Below, in pieces: positions 54,701 to 64,000 of a stretch of 64,000 nucleotides of DNA. Source of the stretch: Tubiluchus corallicola (Eukaryota > Animalia > Priapulida); assembly GCA_030141605.1 (NCBI GenBank), contig JAQGDQ010000712.1, positions 1 through 64,000 of the forward strand, given 5' to 3'. The notes under the pieces were generated by a model that made no database searches, had not been told where the DNA came from, and was given only the letters and a program-made list of their open reading frames with translations. Position numbers and translations under genes: made by a program. Every line of letters starts with the position of its first letter. Within the stretch, counting starts at the first letter, position 1.

Positions 54701-57118
54701 CCCTGTAATTCACTGAACTTTGGTGCATGTGCTGTTGCTATACCACTGCAAAAAAGAAATTGTCTGTTACTTCCACTCCCGTTTCTGTGTATTGTGTTAA
54801 GTTTATTTGAGTACCTTTACTTTTTGTATTTTTCAGTTTACATATAGAAAAGGCAAAATTTGCTCATTTACACATGTTGATAACAAATTAATTGATTATT
54901 TTAATGATCGACTTGGCACTTTTATTTTATTCTAGTGTCGTTTGGAAGCTCTGAATCAAATCCTGGAGCTCCTATCCACAGCCGACGAAAAGGGGGATGC
55001 CGGCTCTTCTGGATCGCAAACCTCTGTCTCTTTTGTTTATACTCCGCCGAGCTTAACGTCTACGACTTTGCTGCACTCTGTACATCTACAGTTACTCCAG
55101 GGATGCTTCCGTTCAGCCGGGACACAGCTTTGTCATTACCAGGTGGGTATTTTATGCCATCAAGTGCATATCTTGGTTTAGCATTGTTAAGAACAAACAT
55201 TGTGAACACGAATACGAGCTCATTTAACGAACAACATTAGCATGTGTAACAAAGTGGTCTGTACGATCGTGGAGGTAGTACGCTAATGTTTATTAAGTAT
55301 GTATTTACAGCTTTGCAAACATCAATGTACATTAGATGACTAAGCTGTTATGTACGGGAAGTATTGACCATAATTAGCGCTGTTCTGGATATGATTCATT
55401 CATATCATTTCATTCCTCCCTTAAACCCACTGCTTAAAATGTGCCAGGTCTGTCAGGGTCACAGACCCAGAACCTAAAATTAAAGACCCTGCACCTAAAG
55501 AAAAACACTATCTTGCCGAGTTGTACACTTGGTTTTCTCACCATTTAATAATAGCTATTCGTAACACGTGTATAGTGCAATTTCCGTCCTTTAGTCAGCA
55601 ACATTGCACTGTAGACAATAACAATGGGCACAAGTTGTTTATTGTTATGAGCTGCTGCTACCCCTTCATAATAACATGCTGCAACTCATTTTTCTTATTG
55701 CTTTTCAGGAAAACGAAAAACGTTTCTCGGATAATAAGTAATAATGAGTTAACTCATTTACCGCAACGTAACTTATTTTGCTTTAAACTTGAAAAGTTAG
55801 GTTCAACAAAGGTGCACTATGGTGTAACAAAATTTAGCTGTAATCAGTTGGCGTGATTGTCTTTGGCAGAAGTATGTCAACATGTAAATTGGAGCTAGTG
55901 TACCTTGCTGTACTTCATTTTCTCGGTGATTCTTCGCTGTTAAACGGTTTGAATATGCCAAGATTTATACAGAGTAATGTATAAAAATTAGCTAATGAAA
56001 GCTAGTTAATTCACTGATTAAATAGCAACTGCCGTTTTTGAATTAAGACCTAAATTTTGTATCTTTAATGGCAAAAAACATTTGAAAACTACTTACTGAA
56101 CTGAACTTTTTTCCGACCATTAAAGGCATCAATTGCCTAAAATGGAATTTAGTGGAAAAGTGGAAGGGTAAATGAGGAAAGTGTGTTGGTTTTTGTCCAA
56201 TGTAAGCTCCGAATTCCACTGCGGGAGCTTACACCGCTCCCCCAGCCCTCGTAGCTATTTCTCGTTCTGTTTGCCATGACATCCTTTGTCCTAAACAAAT
56301 ACACTTTGAGCACTGCTTAAACCCTGACGTTCGCAAATGGCTCAACTTTCAGTATCGCATACCGTTTTTTTGTGACGTCTTGCACCAATAGATTGAAAAC
56401 ACATCACACAAAAAAAACAAATCACTTGTAAGGTGTATGCATAACCTAGCATTGGCAGCCACAGAACTCAAGACCAAAACAGCGGAGACCACTTTATCAT
56501 TGGACCCGGTATCCATTTATTACACGTGAATTTTAACTCTCTGCTAGTATTCAGCACATATCTTGGGAATGTTTTCACAAAGATTCCAGTTGAAAATCTA
56601 ACAGTGGTAAACCTATGAACATGGTTGCGATTGTCGGATTAACGTCTTTTACTATGGGTTTTGTTGACTAGTTAATAAATAAACCTGTTTTGCAATGAAT
56701 TATCCCCTTGTTATTCCCCTTGTGTTATGTTATTCCTTTCTTGCAATGCATACATTGCTTCTTTTCGTTGAATGAGCTACATTGTGGCTAAGATCCATGA
56801 TCAGGTGAATGTCTGAAATCCATTGAGTGGTCACCATTTTTCACTGATGATCTATCAATCTGGGTGTTAGGTTTTAGTTAAAATTTTTCATTTTTTATCT
56901 CAGGATGGTATCAAGGCAGCTAACAGTAGCACTCAACATCAGATACAGACGGCCGTGCATCGTATCTATGAGCATCTGGTCAGCACCTTATGTGATAACG
57001 AGCAGTACGGCTCTATAAAAAAAGGTGAGCACTAATTAAGCACTTAGAAGCTATATTGTCTGATTAACAGGAACGTACTTGGTGATGTGTAAAGTATGTT
57101 AATGTTGTTTTTATGTTA

Positions 57119-57169
<51 letters not shown>

Positions 57170-60100
57170 CTTTTATTTGTATAAAATTTTATACAGCAGT
57201 GATTTATTAGTGTAGACAATTAATTTTGTACTGAACACCCCTTTCACACTAAATGTGTAGTTTCTGTTGAAGCCAAGTTATGCATTTGGCTTGTATAAAA
57301 GTGGCCTTCGCTGTTTTTTTACTCATCCAGTTAGTTTAATCCACACTCTATTTCTATTTCATCATTATTTTTGAACTCTATTTCATGTAGTTTGCCAGTA
57401 ACAGTATCGTTTTTCTTACACATCATCGTGTTGTTTCGTGTGTGGTGTCAGAAGAGTTATAGTTTGCTTGGCCTCCGCATCTGCTGGTACCAAACCAACC
57501 TGGGTAGTTTTAGCCCTTGTAGGTGAGGTACCCCCCCCCCCACAGTTCAATACAATAAATAATAATAAATAATTTTTGTTAGTAATTAAAAAAGATGATG
57601 AAGTCCATACATATCGTGATACATACTACATCTAGTTGCTTACACATTCATGAAATGCTTTTCTATCTTTTCTTTTTACATTAAAATTAAAGCAAAGTGA
57701 CTGTCTTTAAATCAACATCTGAGTCATTCACAAAATACACATTGTTGGTATAAGTACTGATTGGAATATGAATTCTTCTTAAAAAGCCCAATTTATGACT
57801 GTCAATCACAAAATTTGCTGCCCTGGTACCACAATAATACATACGTAGTTTTACACTTTTGTTTTGTTTAAAGTCAAATATTTTCTATAGACACAGTTGC
57901 AACTTACTATAATTACATTCGCATCTATAATGGAAATGCCACCAATTTCACACCCGTACAAAAAAATAGGAAGACAACAAGAACTAATTAACTATTGGGT
58001 TGCGTTTGGGCCCCATTGCCAACAAAATACAATTTAAAGACCCAAAATATTGTAATCAATATTTCAAGTTTCAATCTTGTAATGTCAACTGCAAAGTCTT
58101 TAAGATATTATCTGCTGTGTATAAACGACTGATGATATAGATGGTGCACGACAATTTCCTGCTTATATAGAGTAAATGTGAGTTGTTTAGACAATCTTAA
58201 CATTTTGACATTACTTCAGAACATTTTGTTGTCTGTAATTTTTATTTGTTTGTATGTTTTTGAGCATCTTATGCTGATTTGTTTCCGGTCATTAATTCAT
58301 TACTTTACTTCTTAGTTCAAAAGGTGTGTACCATGGTATTCTTTATATCTTTTTATTAGTATTTTGACCCATTTTGTGTTTTCATGCACACTCTAAAAGT
58401 GCAACATTGTGGGTTCAAGTCCTGATCAGGCCGCAATTTTTCATCACCGTCCACTTGTATGGGAGGAAATAGGATGATATGTACATGTAGATGAAGAAAT
58501 TCTCTGTGTAATTATTTAACTCCTGGTAATTTTTGTTTTCAGAAACGCGGCAAAGATTACAACTGATCACCATATTTACAATGAGTGTGAGATATCATCC
58601 GGCAGATATCACGTTAGCTGTTACCTGCAATATGCTGCAGCTACTTTCTAAGTAAGTCATCCATTCACAAACTTTACATAATTGATTTAATTTTGTTTTC
58701 TGCTGCTTGACTTACAATTGAAAATTTATTATTATCTGATGTATACACGGCCAAATTATGACCTTTTGAGGCCGCTAGGCTAATGAAATTATGGCCCTCC
58801 CTCATATGGAGCCGCCTTCTGACTAGCCCACTCATGTCTTAAATAGTTTTTACTCCAGATATATTTTAGTGACATTTACATAGCTTGAAAAAACTTATAG
58901 CAAATTCTGTAAATAAACTAGAATAACTGTCTTTTGTTTGTCATATTCCACTATTTTACTTATTTATTGCAAACAAAGTTAGCCAATATTTCAACACAAA
59001 AAGAGATTTTTTTACCAAACATTACGAAGGTTGACGGGCCTGCAACCTGTACTAGCCTATAGATAATCCGTCCCTGGATGTATACGATTAGTTCTGTTAT
59101 TAGCACTGTGATACCTTAAGTTTATTGCTGAGAAAGGAGAATTTAGATATTGATGTGCCTGAGTGTTGAACTCGTGTTTTTGTGTCATATCTTTATTTCT
59201 AGTAGTTTCCGACTGATAGGGATAAACTTGACTTCGTTTTTCAAAAAATCAGTCCTGAGAAAAATTTTGAATTTGCAAATTGCCAATTTGATAAAGCAGA
59301 AGACAGGAACTCTGCTTCTTTCACAGCATTTCTTGCTTTTTCTTTTCAAATGTAAACTGAAATATTTATCAATAAAGTTGATACAGTGATCTTATCTATC
59401 TTAAAACCTCTTGTGTTGGTTTGTTTTTAAATATTCAGCATTTCTTGCTTTTTCTTTTCAAATAAAAATTAATTGTTTTTGTAAAACAGGTGAATTTCTG
59501 AATTTAATCTTCTTGAAATACGAGTACTGTATCCAACCAGCACATCACATTCTAATTCTTACACAAACTTGCTTTTACTAGGTAAAAAAACTAACTTTAA
59601 TGTGTGTTTGTAGTACTTACGGTGCCCTAATTTAACCGTATTTCTTTGTTTCCTAGATTGTGTGGAACAATGGCGTCGGTGAAAAATCAGCCGCTGTTAT
59701 ACATTGGGTCCAGTCAATTGCCAGCTCTGCTGAGAGTTGGCAGTGTGAGGCTCCTTCAGATTTTGGCGGTAGCAACAAGGTCAGTGCAGGCAGAGTTTTC
59801 ATTGCTTAGTGTTGCTTTGTGATTAGTTCAACAGAGTTGAACGTTAACTTTATGCAAATGCATAAAATGACTATTGCAACTTGGTTATTGAACTCTATCG
59901 GTTTTAAACTTAAAACTAGTAGACAATGTTTTTGACGTGGTCAGAAACTGAAGATTTTGCAATCAATAGTTACAGAATTAGATTTATTATTATTAATTTA
60001 CTAAATATATCCACAACGATCATTACAGCATTGTACATAAAAGATCTTGAAATGGTCAGAGTTTTTTGTTTGTCATAATTTTGGTTTTATTAATTTCATG

Positions 60101-63100
60101 TTGCTTCACTTCCTAGGACTTGCACATTTTTCAATGAAATTACAACTGGTAACTTTTCAACCAGTGAACCATGGGTCAATGGTCAACCAATCTCCTGTCA
60201 ACCCATACCATTCAATTTGTCTCATCGTGACCTTTCATTTTATTTGCTTACAAGTTATTGTCGCTCGACACTCGCAGTATTTCTGTCCCCAACCTCAAAA
60301 TTTTGGTTTTTGCCCTCTAGCAGAAAATTTTCTCAAGGCACATGCCTGTGGCCCATTTTCAGTCGTACACAAGGCCTCGACCCAACCTAACTACGTACAA
60401 ACACTGTGCCTCTAGTGATATAGGAACAGTGATGTAAAAACTATAGTAGCAGATAGAATAGTAAATGAAACCCGCCCACTCCATGACCCAATCATGTAAG
60501 AACATAGTTCTCTTTACCTAGAGAGTGCTCGCACTGAATTTGTTGTCCCAAGCCCTCTGAGTCTAAAATGTTACTAAAATTGAGCACCCAGGATTTTGCA
60601 ATTCGACCTTTCTTAGATGTTTAAAAATTTCAAACTTAAGACTCCAGGTGCACATTTACTGCATATCACCTAAGCACTTGTTAAAAATGTTGAGAAAGCT
60701 GAAAACCCTAGGAGCAGTTGCAAATTAATTGGAAAACTGACCAACCTGATGAGGGGTCAGGTGTTATCCCCATGTTGTCCTTCGCCTGCCCACAACTGCC
60801 CACCTTGTCGATTATATGATCTTAACTTGCACACTTGACAAGGTATTAAGCAAAATGTTTGTGGGGAATAAAGAATACAAATACAAATAAAAATAAGAAT
60901 AGTAATAACTGTATGAATTCAAGAAGATTCTGCTATAGGAAAATCTTAATTAATATTGGCTTCCTCATATCCATCATATAATTTGCAAAAGTTTGCAGGT
61001 TCAAGTCGCACTTTATGTAGTACGCTTCAGAATTTTTACCCCTTTTCATTAATACTGAAACTTGCCCTTCAAGTTTGCCTTTTACCATAAGTTTCCCTCC
61101 AGGTTGAATCTTTAACTTATTAAGTACCCGTTGATTAATGCAAGATTGTTTCTCTTTCTTAGTATTTATGCTGACAAGTTGAACACTACCGTGGTACAGG
61201 CCGTGGTCGACCTCTTACAGACTCACTTGCTGCAAGCATTTAAAATTTGCTGCGGTTGTGACATTCAGCTACTACAACTACACTCATTTGTGTCACAAGA
61301 GGAACTTTTCTCTCCGTGTGGGAAGGAAGAGCCCTCTACTAGCAAGAAAAGTAAGTAAAATCATTCTTGTTATTTCACTGCACTTTGTTGGATGATGTCT
61401 TTATGTTGTTTGTTTCCCAAATGACTTGCTAATTATTGTCAACATTATCACCATCATCATCGTCATCATTGTCGCATCAATATGGACTTATTTATGGTCA
61501 TAACATGTCCCCTCGTCATTATCATCATCATCACCACCATCGTCCTCGTTATCAATAATTGTTATATCAGCATTGTGATCATCATTATCATCATCATTGT
61601 CATCTTCACAGTCATCATCATCGTTGTCATCAACATTATATCAGCATCGTGATCATTATTATCGTCATCACTACCATCTTTAAGATTCTACAGAAATCAG
61701 TTTGCTTTGTTTTTTTAGAAGAGGTCAGCAGACGTGTTGCGGAGATTGCACTTGCTGACTTCCTGGTATTTCTGCACTGGATTGCAACATCTAAAGACAT
61801 ACAGCACTTGATGGTGACTCCGCAGTGGATATATTTACTGCTTAGTATTACCGGGCATAAACAAACAGGTTAGCAAATACTTCTGTGTTGAATGTCTGTG
61901 ACTGCATTTACTTCACTACTGTCCCTTTTCGAGTATTGAGTGCCCAAAATAAACAAGTATGTGCGTGATTACAGCGAGTAGTAGTATTTCTACAGTAGGA
62001 CAGTCATTAGGTAATAGGGATGAGCATCGAACATTTGACTTCGAACGTTTTTATAAATTCGAACGACTTTTTGAGTTCGAATTTGTGAACCTAAAATTAT
62101 GGATTATAATAATTCAGCTCTTAAACTACATGCATTCTTTATCATTAAAATGTTTGAAACATCAGTGCAATCAACACAATTTAGCTGTGGTTTTTGCACA
62201 CAATTTTTAAAGAAATTATTAGTATTTTTACTGCAGAATAAAATCAAGTAATATGCATGATTTTGTGAAACTGCTTTATATTAATGGCTCGAAAATTTAT
62301 TCGCAAATCTTTTAAAACTGAATTCAAATTCAATTTGGACTCAAAATCTCAAAATTCGATTTGATTCAAATTCGTAAGTCACAAATTCGATTCGATTCGC
62401 ATTTGCTTTCTGATAGAGAATGCTCGCCTCCTTTATTGGGTAACAGTGGTCTGCCTTGGCTGCTATGTTTTCAAAGGAATGGCATAGCAAATATATATAG
62501 TACTGTATAGCAAATTTTATAGCTGCAAACATGTTTGATTTTACTGAAATGGGCAAAACTGTAATCAGATTTTTTGATCTTGGACATCTGTGTTATGAAA
62601 TCTTCATTATAGGTGGATTATTAGTTGAAAACATGAGAGTCCAGCTCCTGGCACTGGAGCTCCTAGAAGTGATTTTGCCAGCTTGCAATGGCGAGAAGTC
62701 TGATTGCATCAAGATGATTTGCTCCCAACTTTTCCAGCATGTGGGAGACAACATGTGGAGAGCACCATTTGCCATGGCTAAGCAGCAGGTTTGTGTTTTC
62801 GTTTGTTATACAGGTCGTTGTTCACTTGCACCTTATGCATTTTACGACTTTATATCTTCAGTTTTCAGTTTTATTAAAGCTCAAAATGTTAACTGAAATG
62901 TTTCCACAACTAATTTGTGGAGTTGGAAAGCTGTTTAGCTGCCAACATTCACAGTTTTGTTTTGTATGCGCTTCTTTTGCTCTTGTCGAATGAACATATA
63001 GGGTCTTTGCAGTTACAATTGCAAAAGGAAGTGAAATAAGCTTAAAGGCTTGAGCCAATGGCTCTTAATTTAGAAGCCACAAATTTTGCATTGGCAACCA

Positions 63101-63935
63101 GTGCTCAAGTCTACACAGATATGGTCTTAGCTAGCTTATCATGCAAAATTAATGTAATGCCAAAATACAAAATTAAAGTAAAACAGTTGCCTGAGTCCAC
63201 TTTGTCACGTTTTATCATAATGCACTTTATTCAAATGTGAGTAAGCTTTTATCAACAGACTTATTTGTGAAGAAAACCAGTAAAAATATACCCAAACCAA
63301 GGTTCCAACCAGTCACTCTAGAATTTTTCCAATTACTTATCGTCTCATTTAAGTTTTTATTTTTAGGCTAGAGAGAAGGAGAAAGATCTGTACAGAAACA
63401 TTGCCATCCTCAGCAGTGCAGAGGAACCATCATCTCCACCTCCGGAAGCTCTGTATGCAGAACAAATCATTCCCACCCATGAAGCTGCCTTCGATCCAGA
63501 CAAGTGCGTGTGCTGTACAGTGGAAGGTGGCAACACCCTGGTACATGCCCACAGCGCTAGGGGATACGGGCTTGGAAACATAGCCATCAAATCCGGCTGC
63601 TACCAGTGGAAGGTAAACAATGTCCAACAACTTACCAAAGTTTCTGTAGCTTACTTCAGGCCAGTTGAATTTATTTTCGTCTTTAGTCATTCATAATTGA
63701 TTGTTACTGTTTTTCCATTATTTACATAACAGTAATTGTTCTACTGCAGTTTGGAGCTGCGAGTGAAACTGGTAGGGACATCTGTTGATGATTTGCTTCG
63801 TCTTCTGTTTTTACAGTTTCATATCGTCAAAGAGAATCGTGGGAATGAGGGCACATGCATCGGAGTGTCCAAATATCCGGTGAAAGACAACAATCACAGG
63901 AGCACCTCCGACATGTGGCTGTACCGAGCTTATAG
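18636..63935 (+). CDS. HERC1: HERC1-like giant E3 ubiquitin ligase, 5' part (40 coding exons, ~2042 codons; gene continues beyond window)
   Basis: Spliced peptides match recalled human HERC1 motifs in colinear order: [63 protein letters not shown]1 repeats, [35 protein letters not shown]...[10 protein letters not shown]. All introns GT-AG and exon phases are compatible throughout. Confidence 0.96.
19520..19732 (+). CDS. HERC1: HERC1 exon 2 ([16 protein letters not shown]...SNKYHDK)
   Basis: ttttcag| ... |gtatgt; phase 0-0. Confidence 0.92.
20125..20385 (+). repeat. Dispersed repeat, second copy at ~35660-35920
   Basis: Shared GCTGTGCTCACGCATGAG ... CTGAGAGGTACA ... TTTGTGTGGTAATAATTCTTTCAC. 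Confidence 0.75.
21442..21675 (+). CDS. HERC1: HERC1 exon 3 (DKAKQ...[13 protein letters not shown]...TATD)
   Basis: ctttaag| ... |gtaaga; phase 0-0. Confidence 0.9.
22753..22915 (+). CDS. HERC1: HERC1 exon 4 ([15 protein letters not shown]...ASELLL)
   Basis: ctgcag| ... G|gtattg; phase 0-1. Confidence 0.9.
24925..25545 (+). mobile_element. Rex1/Babar-like LINE 3' fragment in HERC1 intron 4
   Basis: [10 protein letters not shown] ... [32 protein letters not shown] resembles the recalled Rex-Babar ORF2 C-terminus; 3' boundary approximate. Confidence 0.8.
25985..26139 (+). CDS. HERC1: HERC1 exon 5 ([15 protein letters not shown]...MKKSA)
   Basis: acttag| ... |gtaaat; phase 1-0. Confidence 0.9.
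26960..27055 (+). CDS. HERC1: HERC1 exon 6 (GGMNG...[11 protein letters not shown])
   Basis: ttacag| ... |gtaagt; phase 0-0. Confidence 0.88.
27260..27476 (+). repeat. Dispersed repeat, second copy at ~51950-52135
   Basis: Shared TGTAAATTTAAACTC ... CATTGCGTAAA ... AAGCAAAAGTTTAAATTACTTTAT ... CTGGGAT. Confidence 0.75.
28340..28452 (-). mobile_element. tRNA-derived SINE relic (MetaSINE-like core)
   Basis: Minus strand reads A-box-like TAGTCAAGTGG then GTCATACCAAGACTTTAAAAATGGTA; a related + strand relic lies at ~31415-31525 (ACCAAAGATTGTGAAAACTG); family name from memory. Confidence 0.45.
28672..28884 (+). CDS. HERC1: HERC1 exon 7 (start of RCC1-like domain: [12 protein letters not shown])
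   Basis: tttcag| ... |gtgcgt; phase 0-0. Confidence 0.92.
30014..30245 (+). CDS. HERC1: HERC1 exon 8 (RCC1 repeats: EAGQYCTF...[11 protein letters not shown]...VFSWGD)
   Basis: ggttag| ... G|gtgagt; phase 0-1. Confidence 0.94.
30725..30804 (+). CDS. HERC1: HERC1 exon 9 ([17 protein letters not shown]...QGK)
   Basis: ctacag| ... |gtagaa; phase 1-0. Confidence 0.92.
31289..31385 (+). CDS. HERC1: HERC1 exon 10 ([15 protein letters not shown]...GDYGRL)
   Basis: gcacag| ... G|gtatat; phase 0-1. Confidence 0.92.
33073..33216 (+). CDS. HERC1: HERC1 exon 11 ([14 protein letters not shown]...VWSFGAGDN)
   Basis: attcag| ... G|gtatgt; phase 1-1. Confidence 0.92.
33468..33595 (+). CDS. HERC1: HERC1 exon 12 ([16 protein letters not shown]...SSGQ)
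   Basis: ctatag| ... |gtgagc; phase 1-0. Confidence 0.92.
33720..33764. repeat. (TTA)n microsatellite
   Basis: Direct reading. Confidence 0.9.
34145..34289 (+). CDS. HERC1: HERC1 exon 13 ([13 protein letters not shown]...[10 protein letters not shown])
   Basis: ttttag| ... G|gtaggt; phase 0-1. Confidence 0.92.
35073..35244 (+). CDS. HERC1: HERC1 exon 14 ([16 protein letters not shown]...LPTDR)
   Basis: ctttag| ... AG|gtactc; phase 1-2. Confidence 0.92.
35330..35464 (+). CDS. HERC1: HERC1 exon 15 ([13 protein letters not shown]...PPPFPRQ)
   Basis: ttttag| ... AG|gtattt; phase 2-2; preceded by an 85-nt intron. Confidence 0.9.
36220..36385 (+). CDS. HERC1: HERC1 exon 16 ([13 protein letters not shown]...PDSIQV)
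   Basis: tttcag| ... |gtacga; phase 2-0. Confidence 0.9.
37384..37509 (+). CDS. HERC1: HERC1 exon 17 ([10 protein letters not shown]...PQGPDRW...RGQ)
   Basis: atttag| ... |gtatgt; phase 0-0. Confidence 0.92.
37921..38103 (+). CDS. HERC1: HERC1 exon 18 ([13 protein letters not shown]...LLRNLAFHT)
   Basis: tttcag| ... |gtaaat; phase 0-0. Confidence 0.92.
38756..38914 (+). CDS. HERC1: HERC1 exon 19 ([13 protein letters not shown]...LQKHLLAFC...EYL)
   Basis: atttag| ... |gtacgg; phase 0-0. Confidence 0.88.
39239..39371 (+). CDS. HERC1: HERC1 exon 20 ([17 protein letters not shown]...VRDKLC)
   Basis: tcgcag| ... G|gtgagt; phase 0-1. Confidence 0.9.
39364..39637 (+). repeat. Perfect 137-bp tandem duplication (2 copies) including the exon 20 donor
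   Basis: 39364-39500 is identical by eye to 39501-39637. Confidence 0.93.
41209..41400 (+). CDS. HERC1: HERC1 exon 21 ([12 protein letters not shown]...[11 protein letters not shown]...PEH)
   Basis: tttcag| ... G|gtttgt; phase 1-1. Confidence 0.9.
42647..42847 (+). CDS. HERC1: HERC1 exon 22 ([23 protein letters not shown])
   Basis: ttgcag| ... G|gtgtgc; phase 1-1. Confidence 0.9.
42935..43030. repeat. Compound pentanucleotide microsatellite (TTATG)n/(TTGCA)n/(TTACA)n
   Basis: Direct reading. Confidence 0.8.
43940..44101 (+). CDS. HERC1: HERC1 exon 23 ([12 protein letters not shown]...MQEHAQMR)
   Basis: gtgcag| ... G|gtacca; phase 1-1. Confidence 0.88.
44524..46280 (+). repeat. Two ~370-bp highly similar direct repeats (44524-44893, 45911-46280) flanking exon 24
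   Basis: Colinear alignment by eye with scattered substitutions only. Confidence 0.9.
45048..45162 (+). CDS. HERC1: HERC1 exon 24 (DWDTADV...[10 protein letters not shown]...KLR)
   Basis: atctag| ... AG|gtaagc; phase 1-2. Confidence 0.88.
46532..46653 (+). CDS. HERC1: HERC1 exon 25 ([25 protein letters not shown]...KTK)
   Basis: ctttag| ... A|gttagt; phase 2-1. Confidence 0.88.
47136..47219 (+). CDS. HERC1: HERC1 exon 26, low-conservation charged linker ([11 protein letters not shown]...KEELT)
   Basis: ttgaag| ... G|gtagtt; 84 nt, phase 1-1, open and purine-rich; not required to keep frame. Confidence 0.65.
47259..47642. mobile_element. MITE with terminal and subterminal inverted repeats
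   Basis: AACAAGCCTTTTGACA / TGTGAAAAGGCTTATT and GGTCAAAGGTTAACTGAACC / GGTTCACATAACCTTTGACC. Confidence 0.65.
48271..48492 (+). CDS. HERC1: HERC1 exon 27 ([20 protein letters not shown]...LGSQ)
   Basis: ttacag| ... G|gttttg; phase 1-1. Confidence 0.82.
48769..48856. repeat. Degenerate (TAACCC)n telomere-like tract
   Basis: CCCTAACCCTAG...TAACCCTAACCCTAACCC...TAACCCTAATCC. Confidence 0.75.
49689..49810 (+). CDS. HERC1: HERC1 exon 28 ([19 protein letters not shown]...PKYS)
   Basis: ttttag| ... |gtaagt; phase 1-0. Confidence 0.78.
50134..50379. mobile_element. Tigger/pogo-like MITE
   Basis: TA|CAGTAAGTCCTCGCTTAACGACGC vs reverse complement CACCAAGTCCTCGGTTAACGCCGC; related single ends at ~2284 and ~48090-48112. 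Confidence 0.7.
51567..51621 (+). CDS. HERC1: HERC1 exon 29 ([18 protein letters not shown])
   Basis: ttttag| ... G|gtaatt; 55 nt, phase 0-1, bridges the phases of exons 28 and 30. Confidence 0.72.
52826..52961 (+). CDS. HERC1: HERC1 exon 30 ([18 protein letters not shown]...KLAHS)
   Basis: ttttag| ... AG|gtaaga; phase 1-2. Confidence 0.82.
54447..54573 (+). CDS. HERC1: HERC1 exon 31 (IIQFVCDD...[10 protein letters not shown])
   Basis: tttcag| ... |gtataa; phase 2-0. Confidence 0.87.
54936..55142 (+). CDS. HERC1: HERC1 exon 32 ([14 protein letters not shown]...LCHYQ)
   Basis: ttctag| ... |gtgggt; phase 0-0. Confidence 0.9.
56904..57024 (+). CDS. HERC1: HERC1 exon 33 (DGIKAANSS...[12 protein letters not shown]...IKK)
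   Basis: tctcag| ... G|gtgagc; phase 0-1. Confidence 0.88.
57119..57167. repeat. (TTA)n microsatellite
   Basis: Direct reading. Confidence 0.9.
58543..58651 (+). CDS. HERC1: HERC1 exon 34 ([25 protein letters not shown])
   Basis: tttcag| ... AA|gtaagt; phase 1-2. Confidence 0.88.
59657..59779 (+). CDS. HERC1: HERC1 exon 35 (LCGT...[16 protein letters not shown])
   Basis: tcctag| ... AG|gtcagt; phase 2-2. Confidence 0.88.
61163..61350 (+). CDS. HERC1: HERC1 exon 36 ([18 protein letters not shown]...TSKK)
   Basis: tcttag| ... A|gtaagt; phase 2-1. Confidence 0.88.
61444..61678. repeat. Degenerate (CAT)n low-complexity tract
   Basis: Direct reading. Confidence 0.8.
61719..61868 (+). CDS. HERC1: HERC1 exon 37 ([15 protein letters not shown]...PQWIYLLL...KQT)
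   Basis: ttttag| ... G|gttagc; phase 1-1. Confidence 0.88.
62015..62435. mobile_element. hAT-like MITE relic with TTCGA-rich subterminal repeats
   Basis: Begins TAGGGATGAGCATCGAAC; TTCGA(A/T) clusters at both ends; degenerate right end GAATGCTCGCCTCC. Confidence 0.5.
62613..62788 (+). CDS. HERC1: HERC1 exon 38 ([21 protein letters not shown]...AKQQ)
   Basis: ttatag| ... |gtttgt; phase 1-0. Confidence 0.9.
63367..63612 (+). CDS. HERC1: HERC1 exon 39 (start of SPRY: FDPDKCVCC...SGCYQWK)
   Basis: ttttag| ... |gtaaac; phase 0-0. Confidence 0.92.
63817..63935 (+). CDS. HERC1: HERC1 exon 40 (SPRY: [18 protein letters not shown]...[10 protein letters not shown])
   Basis: ttacag| ... AG|gtatgg; phase 0-2. 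Confidence 0.93.
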
Positions 63936-64000
63936 GTATGGTATTTGCAATCGTTGTGTTATGAAACAAATGAATTGGAAACTTTATTTTATGGTTTGGT

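Noticed and set aside
61559-61718. His-rich N-terminus of ORF 61559-61873
   Set aside because: Intronic (CAT)n tract read through upstream of the true exon 37 acceptor.
21396-63690. Minus-strand ORFs overlapping HERC1 exons (e.g. 21396-21665, 28681-28959, 42621-42818, 63363-63590)
   Set aside because: Expected antisense shadows of GC-richer coding exons; no motifs or coherent nested gene.
63750-63771. Possible micro-exon ctgcag|22 nt|gtaggg in intron 39
   Set aside because: It would frameshift SPRY and leave a 45-nt intron, and exons 39-40 already join in frame.
19733-63816. Minor (U12) or non-canonical introns in HERC1
   Set aside because: All traced introns are GT-AG and none starts with the RTATCCTT consensus.

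Overview
AT-rich, intron-rich metazoan (invertebrate-like) genomic DNA; no prokaryotic features. About 45 kb (18636 to window end, + strand) is the 5' part of a HERC1 orthologue. I traced 40 GT-AG coding exons by hand; their phases chain into one open frame of 6128 nt (~2042 codons) covering the N-terminus, the RCC1-like domain 1 and the start of the SPRY domain. Upstream and divergent is a multi-exon atypical C2H2/C2HC zinc-finger gene (7905-10689, - strand). The rest is decayed mobile DNA: an internally deleted Ty3/Gypsy LTR element, LINE 3' ends, hAT/Harbinger/Tigger-like MITEs, SINE relics and microsatellites. I did not find a clearly new biological system. The best leads are duplicated splice sites and a candidate acidic cassette exon in HERC1, uORFs in both gene leaders, and the unusual finger architecture of the zinc-finger gene. 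Family assignments come from recalled motifs, not database searches.
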